47,275 nucleotides of DNA from Sphaeroforma arctica JP610 (GCF_001186125.1 NW_014040414.1:11996-59270), one strand, 5' to 3'. Positions 26,101 through 39,784 are shown, counted from the stretch's first letter. Translations and numbers: made by a program. The notes: a model not told the origin generated them from the letters alone.

Positions 26101-26801
26101 TGCACCTCACATATATAATCGTAACCAAAATGTGTACCTCGCATGTATAATCGGCCGTGCCGTACAATACACCAAAAAATTAAAACCAATCAGGTGTGAT
26201 ACGTTTTTACACCTGAGGTAACAAAAGATACTCAAATAATAACCTCACAAGTAGAAGCAATCTGTGCATCGGTGAACTTTATGAGACGGATTGCAAATTA
26301 GCCGTTTAATACATATACACACAGAAACCCAATGTACCAGAAAAGAAAGCGAAACACTACTGCGATATAAAGTTCACTAAATCAGACCGCATGGCAATGC
26401 AAAATCCGGAATAACAGCATTCTATTGTCCTTGGCATATGCAGCTAACATTTATCGTGAATGCTATATACGAGCTGGCGAGTGATAAGGCATCGGTAGGC
26501 CGCTGTCTAAAATTCTTGCTATATTCGCAGGTGAACGAACGTGTCCAAACAGTATCTATGATGACTATATGCCGCTTCCAAAGAAGTGAGTCATATACAA
26601 CTAATGATGACAATGTGATGTAAATACGAATCAGAACTAACACCTATCTCTTTTTGGGGGGTTCATCACAAACTCTGCACACATAAACCGATTGAACACT
26701 CAGGTAAGGATGCGTACCTGCATTCTTGGCCTAGTCTTCGGTTCGGTGGCCGCGGCAGCAGCCGCTACCAACGCGCTCACGATTACGCACGCTACCTTCA
26801 T
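20150..26801 (-). CDS. Serine carboxypeptidase, S10 family (CPY/cathepsin A-like), about 462 aa with signal peptide; exons 26801-26718, 25888-25784, 25514-25477, 25103-25056, 24802-24772, 24185-24099, 23904-23796, 23596-23536, 23284-23107, 22776-22702, 22424-22349, 21985-21953, 21667-21534, 21244-21169, 20828-20737, 20554-20462, 20218-20150
   Basis: The hydrophobic N-terminus [18 protein letters not shown] looks like a signal peptide. Motifs present: [49 protein letters not shown] (catalytic Ser), [14 protein letters not shown] (Asp) and AGHMVPLDQP (His). All junctions are GT..AG and in phase (1389 nt). Confidence 0.95.
24325..24602. repeat. 63-bp minisatellite (about 4.5 copies) in a carboxypeptidase intron
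   Basis: Unit tagcttaatattcatgtttgtatgtatgttcgtatttatgtgc(a/t)tgtctacaaaaatctctgc, repeated with drift. Confidence 0.92.
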
Positions 26802-28304
26802 TCTAAAATATCACTATATGAGACAGAACCAAAGAAATACATGATAAGAACGTATTAGGGAGGAAGAATGATAAATATTTGGAAAGCAATATGTTAAACA
26901 ACAATTACATTAAGTATTGAGTGCCTCCAGCATACTATATTATATCGAATATTTAATTTATGCATATCCAGGATAAATGAAATATTGACATTGAGGCGGA
27001 CCATGGAAGCATCGCGCATAACGTTGCCATCGTAATAGTTTCCTGGAAGAAGTTATGATATTTAACAATGGCTAGGATTCGGCAGACAAGATATATGAAG
27101 TCCACCACTTTGTTTGGAAACTGTAAACATATATGTGCAAAAATGGTGACCGGCGAAAGCGTGTTAAAATGTCTGATTTAGAAGGCAATGGTTAAAAACA
27201 ATCAATTTTTGAGTGCACACAGACTAATTGCATCGCTTTTAAGACGCGTCATTGATATGACATAATTTAACGACAATGAACTTCTCAAAGGCACATATAA
27301 AAATCACGATGCGTTAGACAGGCGCATATATTCTGTGAGAATCAAGTACAGTAAGATAATATTCAGCACATGACATAGTTGTATATGAAGTTCGCGTGCT
27401 TGGCATGCCATCGACATGCGCTACTACTTCATTGTACCCAGCTATGTTAGTAGATTATATCACAAACCTTAGATGAGCTTGTCAACTAGGAATAGATTTG
27501 CTGCGTCGATGCAACGTAGTCTTATAGTAGTATTGTAGTAGTAGTAGAAGCAAAATTATCAAAGGCATTTCGTTCACAATACCTACTATAAATAGTTCTT
27601 GTCTATTTATGCCCAGGTGATAGGCCAACTCACAAGTCACAACACTGACAGACTGTACTCCATCATGAGATGACACTGATGATGGCACAAATATTTATAT
27701 GTAAACATTCCGCTCAGTATTTGTTCACCCTGTACTTATTTTTAACTATTTATCGATTTATGATTCGTCCAAAGCTGGAACCCGGAGTACGGGGTATGCT
27801 CTTTTTTTTTAGACAACAAATGAATCAAGGTTTCAGCAGGGTTATAGGGTTTTCCAAGGAAGTCTCAGACCCAGGCCTACTTTCAGACTCAGACTCGCTC
27901 TCTCTCTCTCTCCCCCGACCCGACGNNNNNNNNNNNNNNNNNNNNNNNNNNNNNNNNNNNNNNNNNNNNNNNNNNNNNNNNNNNNNNNNNNNNNNNNNNN
28001 NNNNNNNNNNNNNNNNNNNNNNNNNNNNNNNNNNNNNNNNNNNNNNNNNNNNNNNNCCTACTTTCAGACTCAGACTCGCTCTCTCTCTCTCTCTCCGCCC
28101 CCCAAGGGCACCAGCCTCCATGCCCCTCGTCACTCTCTCACGAGAGAGACGGAGCGAAGTTGGAACTTTAGTTGATATCACAAACAAAGATTACAGAAAG
28201 TGTCAAATATGACAATTCTTTCCTGTGTGCTATCGTACAAGATTACCGACACGGCATTAAAAATATGTCCATTGACAGCTTTAAACTGGAACACCCCAGC
28301 ACCA

Positions 28305-29002
28305 CTAAATTCAAATCGCATCTGAACCGAATTAGCGTTTTCAACGCTTCTCCTCGAAGCTTTTACAGACCCTCATGTTCAGCAAGCCCTTTTCAGACAA
28401 CTTTACTGGATTTTCATCTAGGTCTGTCGTAGCCGACGGCAAACCACCGAGGACTAATTTATCTTGTAGCGCATCTACGTATCGTAAAAGTTAATCCTGA
28501 ACTACAGTAATCTCGCCTTCAGTACGTACCGTTGCGAGACAGTAAATCAAGCATTCATACGAAAACATTCTTAACGGTGAGGCGACGATATTGTCGAGAA
28601 GTGCATCGCAATAATCCTACTCATGTTACCCGATAGGGTTTCCTAAGTATGTAGATAAATTAATATTGTCACATACTTTTTTATGTGCTATCTATCACAT
28701 AAAATACCGACAAATGCCTAAAATTAAATCTGAACCGAATTTGTTGAAATCACGCGTCAAGCGTTTTCAACGTGTCCTCTCCAAGTTAAAAAAACTCCTC
28801 CTGATAAGATAGTCATTTTCAGACAACTTTTGCTAGATGTTTACATCTAAGTCCATCGTATCTTGTAGCGCTTTCACATATCGTACAAATCATTACTGAG
28901 ATACAGAAGCCTAAGTAAACCTCCCCTGTACTACGTACTATCGTGAGCCAAAAAGATACGATACCAACATAAACATGGTGTTATCGTCGAGAAGTGCATC
29001 AC
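28305..29002. repeat. Diverged pair of intergenic repeats of about 300 bp
   Basis: Shared ordered blocks atctgaaccgaatt, agcgttttcaacg, ttttcagacaacttt, tatcttgtagcgc, tacgtac and tcgagaagtgcatc occur at about 28305-28612 and 28718-29002. Confidence 0.8.
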
Positions 29003-29056
29003 ATTTCAACATTCGAAAATTAAAGGTACTCTCGGTGCGCTACGGAAAATCGATTT

Positions 29057-29318
29057 TTACTGGGAGGGCATTTGTGAAGCGGCTAGCGTGTTCTGGATCT
29101 CCGTCATTTGTCGCCCAATCTTCTCACTAAGATCTATGTATTTAGCGGCACAGCTGTGGTAGTGCCAAATGAAACCGATTAGAGTTTAATAATGCGAAGC
29201 GCAACAAAAATGTAGCTATAGCTATAGCTGTACGGATACATATATATTATACTATATTATACTATATATATATATATATATGTGAGTGTGTGTGTGTGTG
29301 TGTGTGTGTATATGTATG

Positions 29319-29350
<32 letters not shown>

Positions 29351-30985
29351 TGTATGATGTATAGGTGTACGTAAAAAAAATATGAAAAATAAGTATATGT
29401 ATATACATATACATATATATATAATTTTACATACGTACAGACACAAACGTACCCATACATACGAATATATAAGAATATATACACNNNNNNNNNNNNNNNN
29501 NNNNNNNNNNNNNNNNNNNNNNNNNNNNNNNNNNNNNNNNNNNNNNNNNNNNNNNNNNNNNNNNNNNNNNNNNNNNNNNNNNNNNNNNNNNNNNNNNNNN
29601 NNNNNNNNNNNNNNNNNNNNNNNNNNNNNNNNNNNNNNNNNNNNNNNNNNNNNNNNNNNNNNNNNGTGTGTGTGTGTGTGTGTGTGTGTGCGTGTGTGCG
29701 TGCGTGTGTGCGTGTGTGTGTGTATGTATATGTATATGAATAGGTAAAGGTATATGAATATGAATATGTATATGAATATATATATATATATATATATGTC
29801 AAACCCGAACGAATCCTTGAGGTATTCGCTAGATCCGAGTCGAAATTCATTTCCCATACTGAAATTCTTTAAAAATAGCAATTGTAAGCCTAGTGATAAC
29901 ATAAACATGTGGATTTGAAGTATCATCTGCACGGTCATGTACGGACAAGCACACGCGGATAAAAGCAGTCATACACACATATATTTGAAAAACTGCTAAC
30001 ATAAACACAAGCTATGTACGTGCAACTTCACATTTGCTTGTGCAAAACGCATGTACATACATAAATCGACTTACCGATCCAAACACACAGCTTCGCCCTT
30101 GGTTAGATCACCTTCCCTGTAGTGACCGGGGATGCATTTCTTGTAACAAGTATCCACCATTCTGTAGCAAGTGCCCGAGAAAATGATACCTGAATTTGAA
30201 TAATGTGGTTCATCCAGAAACACCATAGGTACTTTTTTTACGTACATGATATAGTGGCAGTTCTCAGATGTGATACCTTACCATAGGACACACTTTGTTA
30301 GATATATACTATCCAGCGATATACATATGTGCAAAAACATGTACAGGTAAATGTTGTACAGGTAAATGTGCACATACATGTCAGAACCTTATACACTGCA
30401 ATGTAAGATCTAGATTGGCAAACGACGACGAATCAGAAACTTACTACATCACACAAGCTAACGATCCCTGAACCATGTTATATTCAATAGATGGCACTAC
30501 TGCAAACCTTCTCAGATATTGTATCCTCCTTAAATTTATACAAACATAGCTAGGTTGCTCTGTGAACAATTATAAAACACCCGATTCATGCTGTTGATAA
30601 GTAAAGCATTGTACTTCATATTTGGCTTACAAAGAATCGTTTACAACAAGAACACCATTATTTGTATGGCTCTAAATACAGCCGGAATAAAGATATTAAT
30701 ATCATGCCACTACGTACCTATAAAGACTCCAGGTTGTAATATGGAATAGTACTCCGAAAATAGTAAGCATAATGATCCTGAAGCATATTATGATGACTTG
30801 AATTCAACACACGACATAACTATCGAAGACATTGAACTATGATCTACATAGAAATTGAGTTCACCGCATACCTATGGGATGCTATATACAGTAACAAAAA
30901 TTAGAAATTGAACGACCACATACCCGTTGAAGAGGAGGGTCATTGCCTCCATCTCCTGCTCGGCCATCAAAGCGTTTTGACTCAT
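29057..30985 (-). CDS. TIM10: Mitochondrial intermembrane small Tim chaperone Tim10, 81 aa; exons 30985-30924, 30161-30075, 29153-29057
   Basis: The spliced product [66 protein letters not shown]... has the twin CX3C motif and the Tim10-type [16 protein letters not shown]. It is absent from the supplied ORF track because the exons are short. Confidence 0.95.
29240..29800. repeat. Compound TA/TG/TATG microsatellite around the assembly gap 29485-29665 (Tim10 intron 2)
   Basis: Direct inspection. Confidence 0.95.
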
Positions 30986-31869
30986 CTTGATATGACTCAG
31001 TCTTAATATAGCAAGTACGTGTTTAGTATATAGAAATGATATAACTTGCTTTGTTTATAGTCATGTACAGAGAAGCTCTCTATTATTATATATGGTCAAA
31101 TAGGCCAAACGTAGAATAATTCTCCACCACACTTTTCGGCATGTGATTGAGATTCACACACACGTATTTGAAAATATGTACCCACAGTCCCACATCGGAA
31201 CTCCGTAAATAACTGGGTCTGGGACTCTGAGAGAAACTAGTCTGGGGACTGGCTGGGTCATGGGTGCGTGGATTTATTTTTAGAAGCGAAGAGAGAGAGA
31301 AAACAAATAGTTCGGTACCTCTTATTATTGATATGTATGCATGACCGGAAGTCTTCCAAGACTGATGATTCCCCTCGGCGGCCCCCTCGATAATAGAGAG
31401 AAAAGGAAAATATGGTCATCCCCCTCTACAAAGAGAGAGAGAGATTAAATATCACAACGGACTAATAAAGTCCGTTTGTATTTAGGACATATAGTGGAAC
31501 GGACTCTTATTAGATAAATATCTACGTCCGAGGACTATATAGTCTCAGGCCTAGCCCTCCAAGCAAGATATTTGTATGTATTTATTTGTGTTAGATGTAT
31601 ATACTAAAGACCAAGTCCCGGAAATATCGTCTGCAGACATTCATTTGTTATTTAAGCCTCGAAAATCGTAGCCTGCGAAAAAGACGTGTACTCATAAGGG
31701 ACTAGCTGTGTAACGGTATAAAACGCATTCTCTCGGTCGCTCCCGTGACCATTTCGTCACTCTCTTGAATAGAATATGACATATATATATATATATAAAT
31801 ATATATGTCATGACCCTCTAAAGAAACAAAAATAGGCTGACGGACACAAGTCCGCAGGAATATATTCAT

Positions 31870-31870
31870 T

Positions 31871-31905
<35 letters not shown>

Positions 31906-32823
31906 NNNNNNNNNNNNNNNNNNNNNNNNNNNNNNNNNNNNNNNNNNNNNNNNNNNNNNNNNNNNNNNNNNNNNNNNNNNNNNNNNNNNNNNNNNNNNNN
32001 NNNNNNNNNNNNNNNNNNNNNNNNNNNNNNNNNNNNNNNNNNNNNNNNNNNNNNNNNNNNNNNNNNNNNNNNNNNNNNNNNNNNNNNNNNNNNNNNNNNN
32101 NNNNNNNNNNNNNNNNNNNNNNNNNNNNNNNNNNNNNNNNNNNNNNNNNNNNNNNNNNNNNNNNNNNNNNNNNNNNNNNNNNNNNNNNNNNNNNNNNNNN
32201 NNNNNNNNNNNNNNNNNNNNNNNNNNNNNNNNNNNNNNNNNNNNNNNNNNNNNNNNNNNNNNNNNNNNNNNNNNNNNNNNNNNNNNNNNNNNNNNNNNNN
32301 NNNNNNNNNNNNNNNNNNNNNNNNNNNNNNNNNNNNNNNNNNNNNNNNNNNNNNNNNNNNNNNNNNNNNNNNNNNNNNNNNNNNNNNNNNNNNNNNNNNN
32401 NNNNNNNNNNNNNNNNNNNNNNNNNNNNNNNNNNNNNNNNNNNNNNNNNNNNNNNNNNNNNNNNNNNNNNNNNNNNNNNNNNNNNNNNNNNNNNNNNNNN
32501 NNNNNNNNNNNNNNNNNNNNNNNNNNNNNNNNNNNNNNNNNNNNNNNNNNNNNNNNNNNNNNNNNNNNNNNNNNNNNNNNNNNNNNNNNNNNNNNNNNNN
32601 NNNNNNNNNNNNNNNNNNNNNNNNNNNNNNNNNNNNNNNNNNNNNNNNNNNNNNNNNNNNNNNNNNNNNNNNNNNNNNNNNNNNNNNNNNNNNNNNNNNN
32701 NNNNNNNNNNNNNNNNNNNNNNNNNNNNNNNNNNNNNNNNNNNNNNNNNNNNNNNNNNNNNNNNNNNATATGTTATTTTAAAATTATACCTATATATATC
32801 TCTCTCTCTCTCTCTCTCTCTAC

Positions 32824-32868
<45 letters not shown>

Positions 32869-32935
32869 ATTTATATGTATATCTATTTTAATATGTATAT
32901 CTCTATGTGTGCATATATATTTATATATATATCTA
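31870..32935. repeat. TG/TA/TC microsatellites flanking the assembly gap 31906-32767
   Basis: Direct inspection. Confidence 0.95.
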
Positions 32936-33536
32936 TTTCAAAAGGATATATACCTTCACTTTCTATGCAAGTTTGACTTTAGTGCGACGGACAATGTCGT
33001 AGTTGCAGATCGGATCACATATGTACATCACGGATTTGTTAAATTGGGAATCCCGGCTACAGATGTATAATATACCGCGCACCAAGTTGCGCAATGGATT
33101 AAGAAAGCTGTGTTCAAATCGCAACATGGTAAGAGGTAGAGCTACATCCCAAACACCCAGTTTAAGCCCGAATTTTCAGCTATCGATAAAACAAAGTACC
33201 GAACTGGAAACTTGTCTGCTCTAAACTGATTCGTATGACCGAAACCTTCAGAATAGAAGGACCTTGTCCGTTCTAAACTAGATTCAAATGACTGAAACCT
33301 TCAGTAGTGAAAGCAATGAGCGATCGTGTGGTTTGTATCAACATCGATTCAAACGAAAGTGTGAGATTTTGGTATTCTGTCAGCAAACATGTCGGATTTC
33401 CATTCAGATGTGAGAAACGAAATGAAGTAGCGAGTAGTTAAAAACTTTCCGAGAGCTCTCCCAGTTCCCAGAGGCTATATGAGAAAACTTTTACAGCATC
33501 GCCGACCTATACACACTTTCTGGAGACCGAGAAGCT

Positions 33537-34112
33537 ATGGGTAAGGACAAACTACATAAAGGCGATTATGACCGCATCAAACGCCTCGCCCATCGGGTAG
33601 TCGCGGTTATTACACAAGCATCTCATAATCACAACCACAAGCAATCCAGCGGTGGTGATGCGACAGTTATGTACGGCGACAGCCAACCAATACGGGAACA
33701 CTCTGGCCGATCCATCTCCGGGAATACACAGTCAGAGACAGCATCCAACACCACGTTGACCAGTATTTACGAAAAGCGCAAACTCCCTCACATCCCAGAT
33801 CGTACTGATGAGCACGACCGTCAACATGCACACGACATGAACCCAGATTGCCATCACCATCGTCACAACGCGACTAAACATGACAAACGGATCAAGCATC
33901 GCGCAGCTGTCGATGATTCCGACTTAGAAGGTAGAATTGTGATGATCAGTTGCAGTGGTTACTTGATTAAGTTGCAATACTAAGCCAATTTTGTAATATA
34001 TGTATCAAGGAAAATGCCTAGACAAGCGGTTAACGGCAACACGATATTGTACATATTTGCAGACTATCGTCTTTCTGAAGTTTTGCTATCCGACATGGAC
34101 CCTGGCAATTGA
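33537..34112 (+). CDS. Hypothetical His/Asp/Ser-rich orphan protein or pseudogene; possible exons 33537-33930 and 34063-34112
   Basis: A 148-codon ORF with a plausible donor (GAAG|gtagaa at 33930) and an in-phase acceptor (tttgcag) adding DYRLSEVLLSDMDPGN*. No family recognised. Confidence 0.35.
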
Positions 34113-35379
34113 TGATGCAAGATGACACCTTTATCACCAGGACAGTCTGGCTGCTTCCACAAACCAACAGCTGCTGAGTAGTACAGACTTAGAACACCAT
34201 CACGAATATTTTTATGTGCGATACTAGCGTGAATGACTGTAAAAGACTGTAAAATCTCAGCATTGATACAACTCGGTAAAATTTTGTCACACGGTATACA
34301 CTTCAACCATCAGAAAAGAGATGCAACATTTCCCAACGACCTGAATCCCTGAAATGCATAGCACGTTGGAACAGAAACTACTCCAGCTAGGTGACGAACC
34401 TATTCCGAAGTTGATTCCGATCGGTCGAACCAGGCGTATGAAACTCGAACGGGGCCGAATTTTGCACGTATTTACACATTTCCATTAGGTTTATTAGGAA
34501 AATAAAACGAGTTCGATCTTTATGAATGATGCATGCAAAGAACAAAGTGGCTGTAATAGGCAAATGTTGTTTCAGGTAAAATTCACATGGGTGTTTCAAA
34601 TAAAAGTCATAGCCCTATCGACACCGCTTGTGACGCTTGATGTCGAGCAGCTTCCATAACGACATGTAATTTATTAAATATTGTGCTCCGAGTGTGATCT
34701 ACGGCGGTGATGTAGCTAGTTTGAACTGCCTGGCATTGATAGGAAACTACTGCAATGACTAAAACCTGCAGTATTAATAGTATCATTTGCATTGTGAGAT
34801 ACGTGTTTTTATGTGTATAGCTTCTCTTTGAGTCAAACAACTCTCTATTTATAAAATATGAAGAAATTTTTTTTTTTAAAGTGGCGATGTCTGAACTCTG
34901 AAGTCTGAACTCATTCTGATACAGAACTCTGACGAAGTCTCTTTTTTTTTCTTTTTTTAAACAACTCAAAACTGACATTGTGGGCAACTGGCAACTGGCA
35001 AGTGGCAACCCTAAGAGAGCAAAGCCTACCTTACTTTTTTTTTCTCGAAATTTGCCAAGGAAATTGGTTGTGGTTGACCAATTATGGCGCATCGCACGAT
35101 TGAGACCTACGTTTTACTGGTCGTCGTGTGCCATGGTGTCATGCATTTTCGCGGCCGAACGCTAACGTCTGTCGATTCCGAAGTGTGGCCCAAACAAATA
35201 TTTTTAAAATATATAAATAAACAATACGACTGCTGTGAATACGAATGGGGTGGAGCCGTGGGGCTCGTGGAGGAGACCGAGATACCAACACGTATTTTAA
35301 ACACGTATTAATATTGTATCGCTACCCATCGACGTCCACATTTCCACACAAGTCTAGGTTTAGTTAAGCACACGTAAAA

Positions 35380-38300
35380 ATGGTTTCTGCAAGTCCAGCA
35401 CACCCAGCCATCACCGAGGAAGTGTTGGCCAAGTGTCTCATTGGCACAGATGCCACAGAGATGGAACAGTTTATGGCCACCTACAGATTCTTGGCGGACA
35501 CCCTATGTGCCGAGCTATCCTTTGCTTCACCTGATGCCCAGGCTTGGTTCAAGAGGGTATGTAGTTAGAAGTTGTGCAAGGATTCATATTGAGACATTTA
35601 TTTACGAGTTCTTCCTGTGTACATTTTATCTTGACAAATTCTATTGAGGTATTCCTAGTGCACTTGTGCTCAGTGATGATGCAGTGTTCTTCAAAGGGTA
35701 CAATTTTTATTCAAAGCATGTATTCATGCTACAACCACGCATTATACGCTTGACATACTGGTGTACCAAGGGCTTCACAAGACTTGTTTGTTCGTGTCAA
35801 CTAAGGTTGTATTTAGTTGATTGAACACTCCATCGAACTTTTGAAGCCGTACCATTTTTTTGTGAAATTTTATACAAATGTATAGTCGAAGGACCGCATA
35901 AGATTGCTACTTTCGATCGCTTACCTGTCCAAAAAAAAGCATGCATTTCCTTAATTTGTGTGTTCGCATGTAGACATTATGGTATTTGTGTGTGCACATG
36001 TCGACACAACGGAGTCAAACTTATACTTGTAAGCGATATCTATTTTTTGTATGATTCGTTTCGTACTGTAAAATCCATCGCCACCTAAGAGTTAGAAGGC
36101 ATAAAAATCTGGAAGTATCCGCCTTAAAATACGTTATGTATCTATATACCCAATTATGGTTAACTTTCAGATACATATCAAGGGCTATATGAATTATCGT
36201 TATATCTAAGTACCACTTCTTATTTCTTTTTTTTAATCATTTTCTCTGAATATTAGTTCCTTCCTTATCTCTCTTTTTCGATTTTTTTGCCTGTGCAAAG
36301 ACATCAAGCTACACCATGATAGAATCAATGAGTGTATAAAAATAAAAATATTTTTCTAGATATGATTGCTTCTAGAAAGGTGCGTATTAAATTATTGTAC
36401 GTGCAAGTATTATCTAACTGTAAATGAACAATATTTCCTTGATGAGTACGTGTACCGATTTAAATTGACATCGGAAATAGATCATATATCATATATAGAT
36501 AGAGGTCACATAGCGATTCAATTGGCCATACTATTTGCAAATGCTTGCACCTATTCCCAACCCGTATTGAGAGCTATACAAAGCACATGTATTCACAAAT
36601 TAATTTCGTACTGATATTGCCATGGTGCTTTGCGATGTGTATATCCATCATATGTAGACATGTCAGTGCGCGCATAGATATATTTGGTTGAAAATTGCGC
36701 ACGTTGCAAACCTTTTCAAAATGTATGATAGAATACGGATTGGATCAAGATCTGGCCTCATAGTTGCATTCAGGAATGCGTATATAAGTTCAGGCCCAGG
36801 CATTATATCGACGTACTTATCAATATCATAGCATCATGGTGCTTGAAGTTTTTCTCCTCGGGTTGTTTATAGCTATACCGACACATCGTACAAGGTTGCC
36901 ATATCTTCCTGTGGCGTTTCTATAGATTACTCACATGCATTACCATCATACACATCAAACAGAATCTTGACTACAATGTTCCCGGTGGCAAGCTCAACCG
37001 CGGTATTTCAGTGCGCCACGCCTTCTCTGCCCTGATCAACGACCGCGAGGCCACCAACGAAGAGGTTTTTCAGTGCTACGTATTGGGTTGGGCTGTAGAG
37101 TTTCTTCAGGCCTTCTTTCTGGTTGCGGATGATCTCATGGACGCATCCATCACACGCCGGGGGCAACCCTGCTGGTATGCTTTCTAGAACTTTGTTTCGG
37201 TGGTTTAATTATTTGAATATATATGCAGGGATAACCGTATATCAGGGCCTGCTGGAATCGCTCTCCTCAGAAGGGATTGTGTATATATATTTATCTCATT
37301 TTGTATACATGGACACGCCCGGCATGTTTTTTACTGACACGGCACTGATTAATGAAGTAAGCAGACCTTCTTCATGCAGCATGTATATGCATTCGATTGG
37401 ACAGATTTGTGCTGTATTTGATTACATGGTGCAGAATTGAATTGATTGGCTTGCAAATGTCTTGTTGTTACCGAATGAAAGTATCATGACCTTTTTAGTT
37501 ATACACGAGTACAATCAGTTTTGATGATAAAACACTCAAGCAAGGATCTCAGAGCCACCTAAAATTCAACCAAGATCACCGACACATGAGCTAACAGTAT
37601 CAGTGGATTCCTCACGCCTTCAGGTACAAAGTCGAGGAGGTGAAGATGATCGCTATCAACGACTCCATCATGCTGGAGGGCTGCATCTACCGCATGTTGA
37701 AGACATATTTCAAGGGCAACCCCACATACTTGCCCCTGGTAGAACTATTCCTGGACAACTCGTGGTACACAGAGATTGGTCAGCTACACGATCTCATCAC
37801 AGCACCTGAAGACAACGTTGACTTGACGCGGTTTTCACTGGACAAGTATAAATTGATTGTCAAATACAAGACGGCCTACTACTCGTTCTATCTACCCGTA
37901 GCGGAAGCGATGATTTTGGCAGGTGTTGACAGCGAAAAACAGCTAGCCGAGGCTGAGAAGATCTTATTGTGTATGGGAGAGTACTTCCAGATACAGGTAC
38001 GTGATCATATTCGGAAGGCCCAGGTCACTTTTTCTGTATGTGTGTGTGTGTATATATATATATACGAAATACATATTGCAGTGTGGTTCCTATAAAAATT
38101 GTAGGTTGTTTTTAGGTGGAACATACTTCATGGAAATAAAAGGTTGTACCTCGGCTGATATTTATTCATATTGATTTTCATCAACTAAGCTCACAAATCC
38201 ATCTTCATGCAATAATATATATATATATGAGTGTATATGTGTATATATATATATATATATGAAATACATCTAGCAGTGTGGTTCTTATAAAATTGTAGGT

Positions 38301-39289
38301 TGTATTTTATGTGGAACATACTTCATGAAAATAATAGGTTGTACCTCGGCTGACAATTATTCATATTGATGTACATCAACTATGCTCACAAATACATCTG
38401 TATAGCAGCATATACGCCAACATGTTATTGCACTGCGATCTCTATGCGCTGACAAAATTATTTTATCCACTTCTAAGCGTTGATTATAAAATGTCTCCTA
38501 TTAATGATCTACGTGTCCCAAACAAAGTATTATATACAGACTGTTGATACTTCTTACAATGCAGTGCAGCCCATCTCCAAAGTCATTCGCAGGGGTCACG
38601 GCTACAATGGTTGAAACATGATTTTTCTCGGAGATAGATAGAAATTAACGAATATCGTTCTGGAAAATATCCATCTGTATTTCACCTATGGGCATGGAGG
38701 GAGTCTTTCACTACTAATCCTCGCTGTCCTTCCGTATTCATAGGATGACTACCTGGACTGCTATGGATCGCCCGAGGTGATTGGTAAAATCGGCACTGAC
38801 ATTCAGGATAACAAGTGCAGTTGGTTGGTGGTACAGGCACTAGACCGTGTCACGCCCGAGCAAAGGCAGATCTTGGAAGACAACTACGGACAGAAGGAGG
38901 CTATTAACGTGGAAAAAGTCAAGGTTTGTGTGTGTGGGGTACTCAGTATTTATGGATGCTGTTTTGTGGTCTGTGACGGTTGTATGGTTGTTGATTCTTT
39001 GGCCTGTGGACTTTATTGAAACCCTTTTGTATTTGCAGCCTTTTATAGTATGTACAAGTATGCATTTCTTTTATATCAAATCCTGGCTGCTCTATCACTA
39101 TCCTAAACGTATTTACATTCTATTAATGACCAGGCACTGTACCTCGAACTTGAGCTGGAAGCGGTGTTCAAGAAATACGAAGAAGAATCATACTCTACGC
39201 TTATGAAAATGATTAACAGCGACAGCCACGGAATCCCTACCAAAGTGTTCACCGACTTTGTAGCTAAGATATACAAGAGATCCAAGTAA
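35380..39289 (+). CDS. FDPS: Farnesyl diphosphate synthase, about 365 aa; exons 35380-35556, 36963-37174, 37624-37996, 38744-38923, 39134-39289
   Basis: Motifs present: [11 protein letters not shown], first Asp-rich motif [38 protein letters not shown], second motif [23 protein letters not shown] and C-terminal KIYKRSK*. The FF before the first Asp-rich motif is typical of C15-producing enzymes. Confidence 0.97.
38066..38400. repeat. Duplicated unit of about 140 bp, each copy preceded by (TA)n, in FPPS intron 3
   Basis: gaaatacat..gcagtgtggtt..tataaaattgtaggttgt..gtggaacatacttcatg..ggttgtacctcggctga..gctcacaaat.catct occurs at about 38066-38204 and 38261-38399. Confidence 0.9.
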
Positions 39290-39784
39290 GAAGCAAATAA
39301 GATCTGCGACAGATCCATGTTGGCGGTTAAGAGAACCGCTCTAGGTTACTGTCACATCAGTGAATTCATGGTGGTCGAACAAATAAATTAGAATGCAAGT
39401 CTCAAGGTGACTTGAACCATACGAAAGGGCGGGGTAATGTTTTACTACTGTGCTTGTCCTTTTTTTTTCTCTTATTCTGCACCAGAACGTAGATTTGCAC
39501 TAGCCGATTACATTGCATAGCATGAATATGTGCAACTTTATTCCGTGGTATGGTCCACTGGAAACTTCTGTCAAGAATATAGCCTTCTAAAATCCGACAG
39601 CGATACTGGATAATATCTATAAACAACATATCAAGCAGACAGCAAGAGCGCCATACATATATTTCTTTTACAATGAACACAATACTTTTTTGACGAGCAT
39701 GGCCCTCTTTTCGAGCATTGTCGCTGGAAGAAAAATGGATTCTGTCATGAGATAAAATCATTTCTGAGACTTCAAAAACAAAGG

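Noticed and set aside
12725..26801. Two adjacent convergent serine peptidases as a duplicated pair or pathway
   Set aside because: They belong to different families (S9 without a signal peptide, S10 with one), so adjacency is probably coincidental.
29252..33070. Long ORFs in the track made of X, YI, CV and HT runs (also at 40447-40878 and 43038-43370)
   Set aside because: They are translations of N gaps and TA/TG microsatellites, not proteins.
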